A stretch of 64,000 bases of DNA from the NCBI GenBank assembly GCA_963832105.1, contig CAWHSS010000003.1:50046-114045 (forward strand), in the 5' to 3' direction. The notes beneath the pieces were generated by a model that was given only the letters and a program-made list of their open reading frames with translations, was not told the origin of the DNA and ran no database searches. The position numbers were made by a program, and so were the translations under genes. Positions 63,407 through 64,000 of the stretch are shown in pieces; positions within the stretch are counted from its first letter, which is position 1, and the number at the start of each line of letters is the position of its first letter. This DNA is from an uncultured Chloroflexia bacterium. Lineage in GTDB: Bacteria; Chloroflexota; Limnocylindria; Limnocylindrales; CSP1-4.

Positions 63407-64000
63407 GTGGCCCGGATCGCGCGGAGCGCGAACGAGGGGGATCAGGACCGCCTCGCGGCCGTGGCCGGCGCGTTGCGCGAGGCCGCCGCCCGGCACGGGA
63501 CGCCCGCCTACGTCACTGACGCGGCCACGCTCGTGTCCGCCGGCCTCGAGCTGCGGGCCGCGTTCCCGGACCCGTGGATCCGCCAGTACTCGGTCAAGGC
63601 GAACGACGTTCCGGCGATCATCGCCGCGGTCGCTCAGAGCGCGGCGGCGGGCGCGAACGCCGTCTCGCGCGGCGAATGGGCGCTTGCCAGCCGCGCCGGA
63701 CTGCCGAACGCGGCGATCACGCTCGAGGGGGTCGGCAAGTCCGACGCGGACCTGCGGGCGGCGGTCCGAGCCGCCGCGGACGGCGATCCACTCCGCTGGG
63801 TTGCCGTCGAATCGGAGGCCGAGGTCGCGGTCCTGGCGGCGCTCGCCCGGCGAGCCGGCCTCGGGCGTGACGGCCGGCCGGCCCAGGACGTCCTGTTCCG
63901 GCTCAACCCGGACGTCGCCCCGGAAACCCATGCCGGATTGGCCGTCGGCGCCGGCGGCTCGAAGTTCGGCATGACCGAGGCCGAGCTGGCCGCCGCGCTG
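63407..64000 (+). CDS. lysA: diaminopimelate decarboxylase, N-terminal part (3' end outside window)
   Basis: Open frame from the GTG at 63407. HGTPAYVTDAATL...YSVKANDVPAII (PLP Lys)...GANAVSRGEWALA...LEGVGKSDADL matches the LysA N-terminal TIM-barrel. It is not in the supplied ORF list because it runs off the window. Confidence 0.8.
   Translation, partial: MARIARSANEGDQDRLAAVAGALREAAARHGTPAYVTDAATLVSAGLELRAAFPDPWIRQYSVKANDVPAIIAAVAQSAAAGANAVSRGEWALASRAGLPNAAITLEGVGKSDADLRAAVRAAADGDPLRWVAVESEAEVAVLAALARRAGLGRDGRPAQDVLFRLNPDVAPETHAGLAVGAGGSKFGMTEAELAAAL

Noticed and set aside
62993-64000. Holin + 'lysA' as a phage lysis cassette / prophage
   Set aside because: lysA here is diaminopimelate decarboxylase (a PLP enzyme), not an endolysin. 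No integrase, terminase or structural genes are present.

Overview
High-GC (about 70%) bacterial chromosomal segment, with gene content that looks actinobacterial or Thermoleophilia-like. No prophage, CRISPR array or IS element was found; the window is mostly housekeeping and catabolic genes. In order, I see: (1) an OsmC-like gene tail; (2) a tandem hairpin repeat; (3) a phosphotriesterase-family hydrolase; (4) a TetR regulator divergent from an MMPL transporter; (5) a sensor kinase translationally coupled to a response regulator carrying an HD-GYP domain; (6) a class-III aminotransferase; (7) an ECF sigma factor, its anti-sigma factor and a beta-propeller lipoprotein; (8) a tandem HD-GYP protein; (9) a catabolic block with CoA-transferase A/B, gabT, a cupredoxin and a RocA-type P5C dehydrogenase; (10) a HAD hydrolase and fabI; (11) two tandem ABC-2 exporter pairs; (12) a dapB-dapA-dapH/D lysine operon; (13) an ftsH operon with two small Cys/Zn proteins; (14) tRNA-Gly(TCC); (15) a CHRD protein; (16) a large alpha-glucan locus holding glgA, glgP, GH13 and two GH57 enzymes, a maltodextrin-type ABC importer, LacI and GntR regulators and a roughly 1050-aa GH13; (17) a DUF885 protein, a GNAT acetyltransferase, a 4-TM holin-family protein and the start of lysA. 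A striking global property is that at least 30 clearly recognisable genes are split over 2-4 reading frames. The breaks are single-base and sit inside conserved domains, while ATGA/GTGA translational-coupling junctions are preserved. I read this as indel sequencing error in an unpolished assembly rather than real pseudogenes, and I give coordinates as frameshift-corrected spans. The most novel observations are: a pair of paralogous acidic coiled-coil proteins of unknown family; a 155-bp low-GC element flanked by perfect 12-bp inverted repeats; a dispersed REP-like hairpin repeat family; an unusual double-GH57 plus large-GH13 glucan locus; and two small Cys/Zn-ribbon proteins co-transcribed with ftsH.
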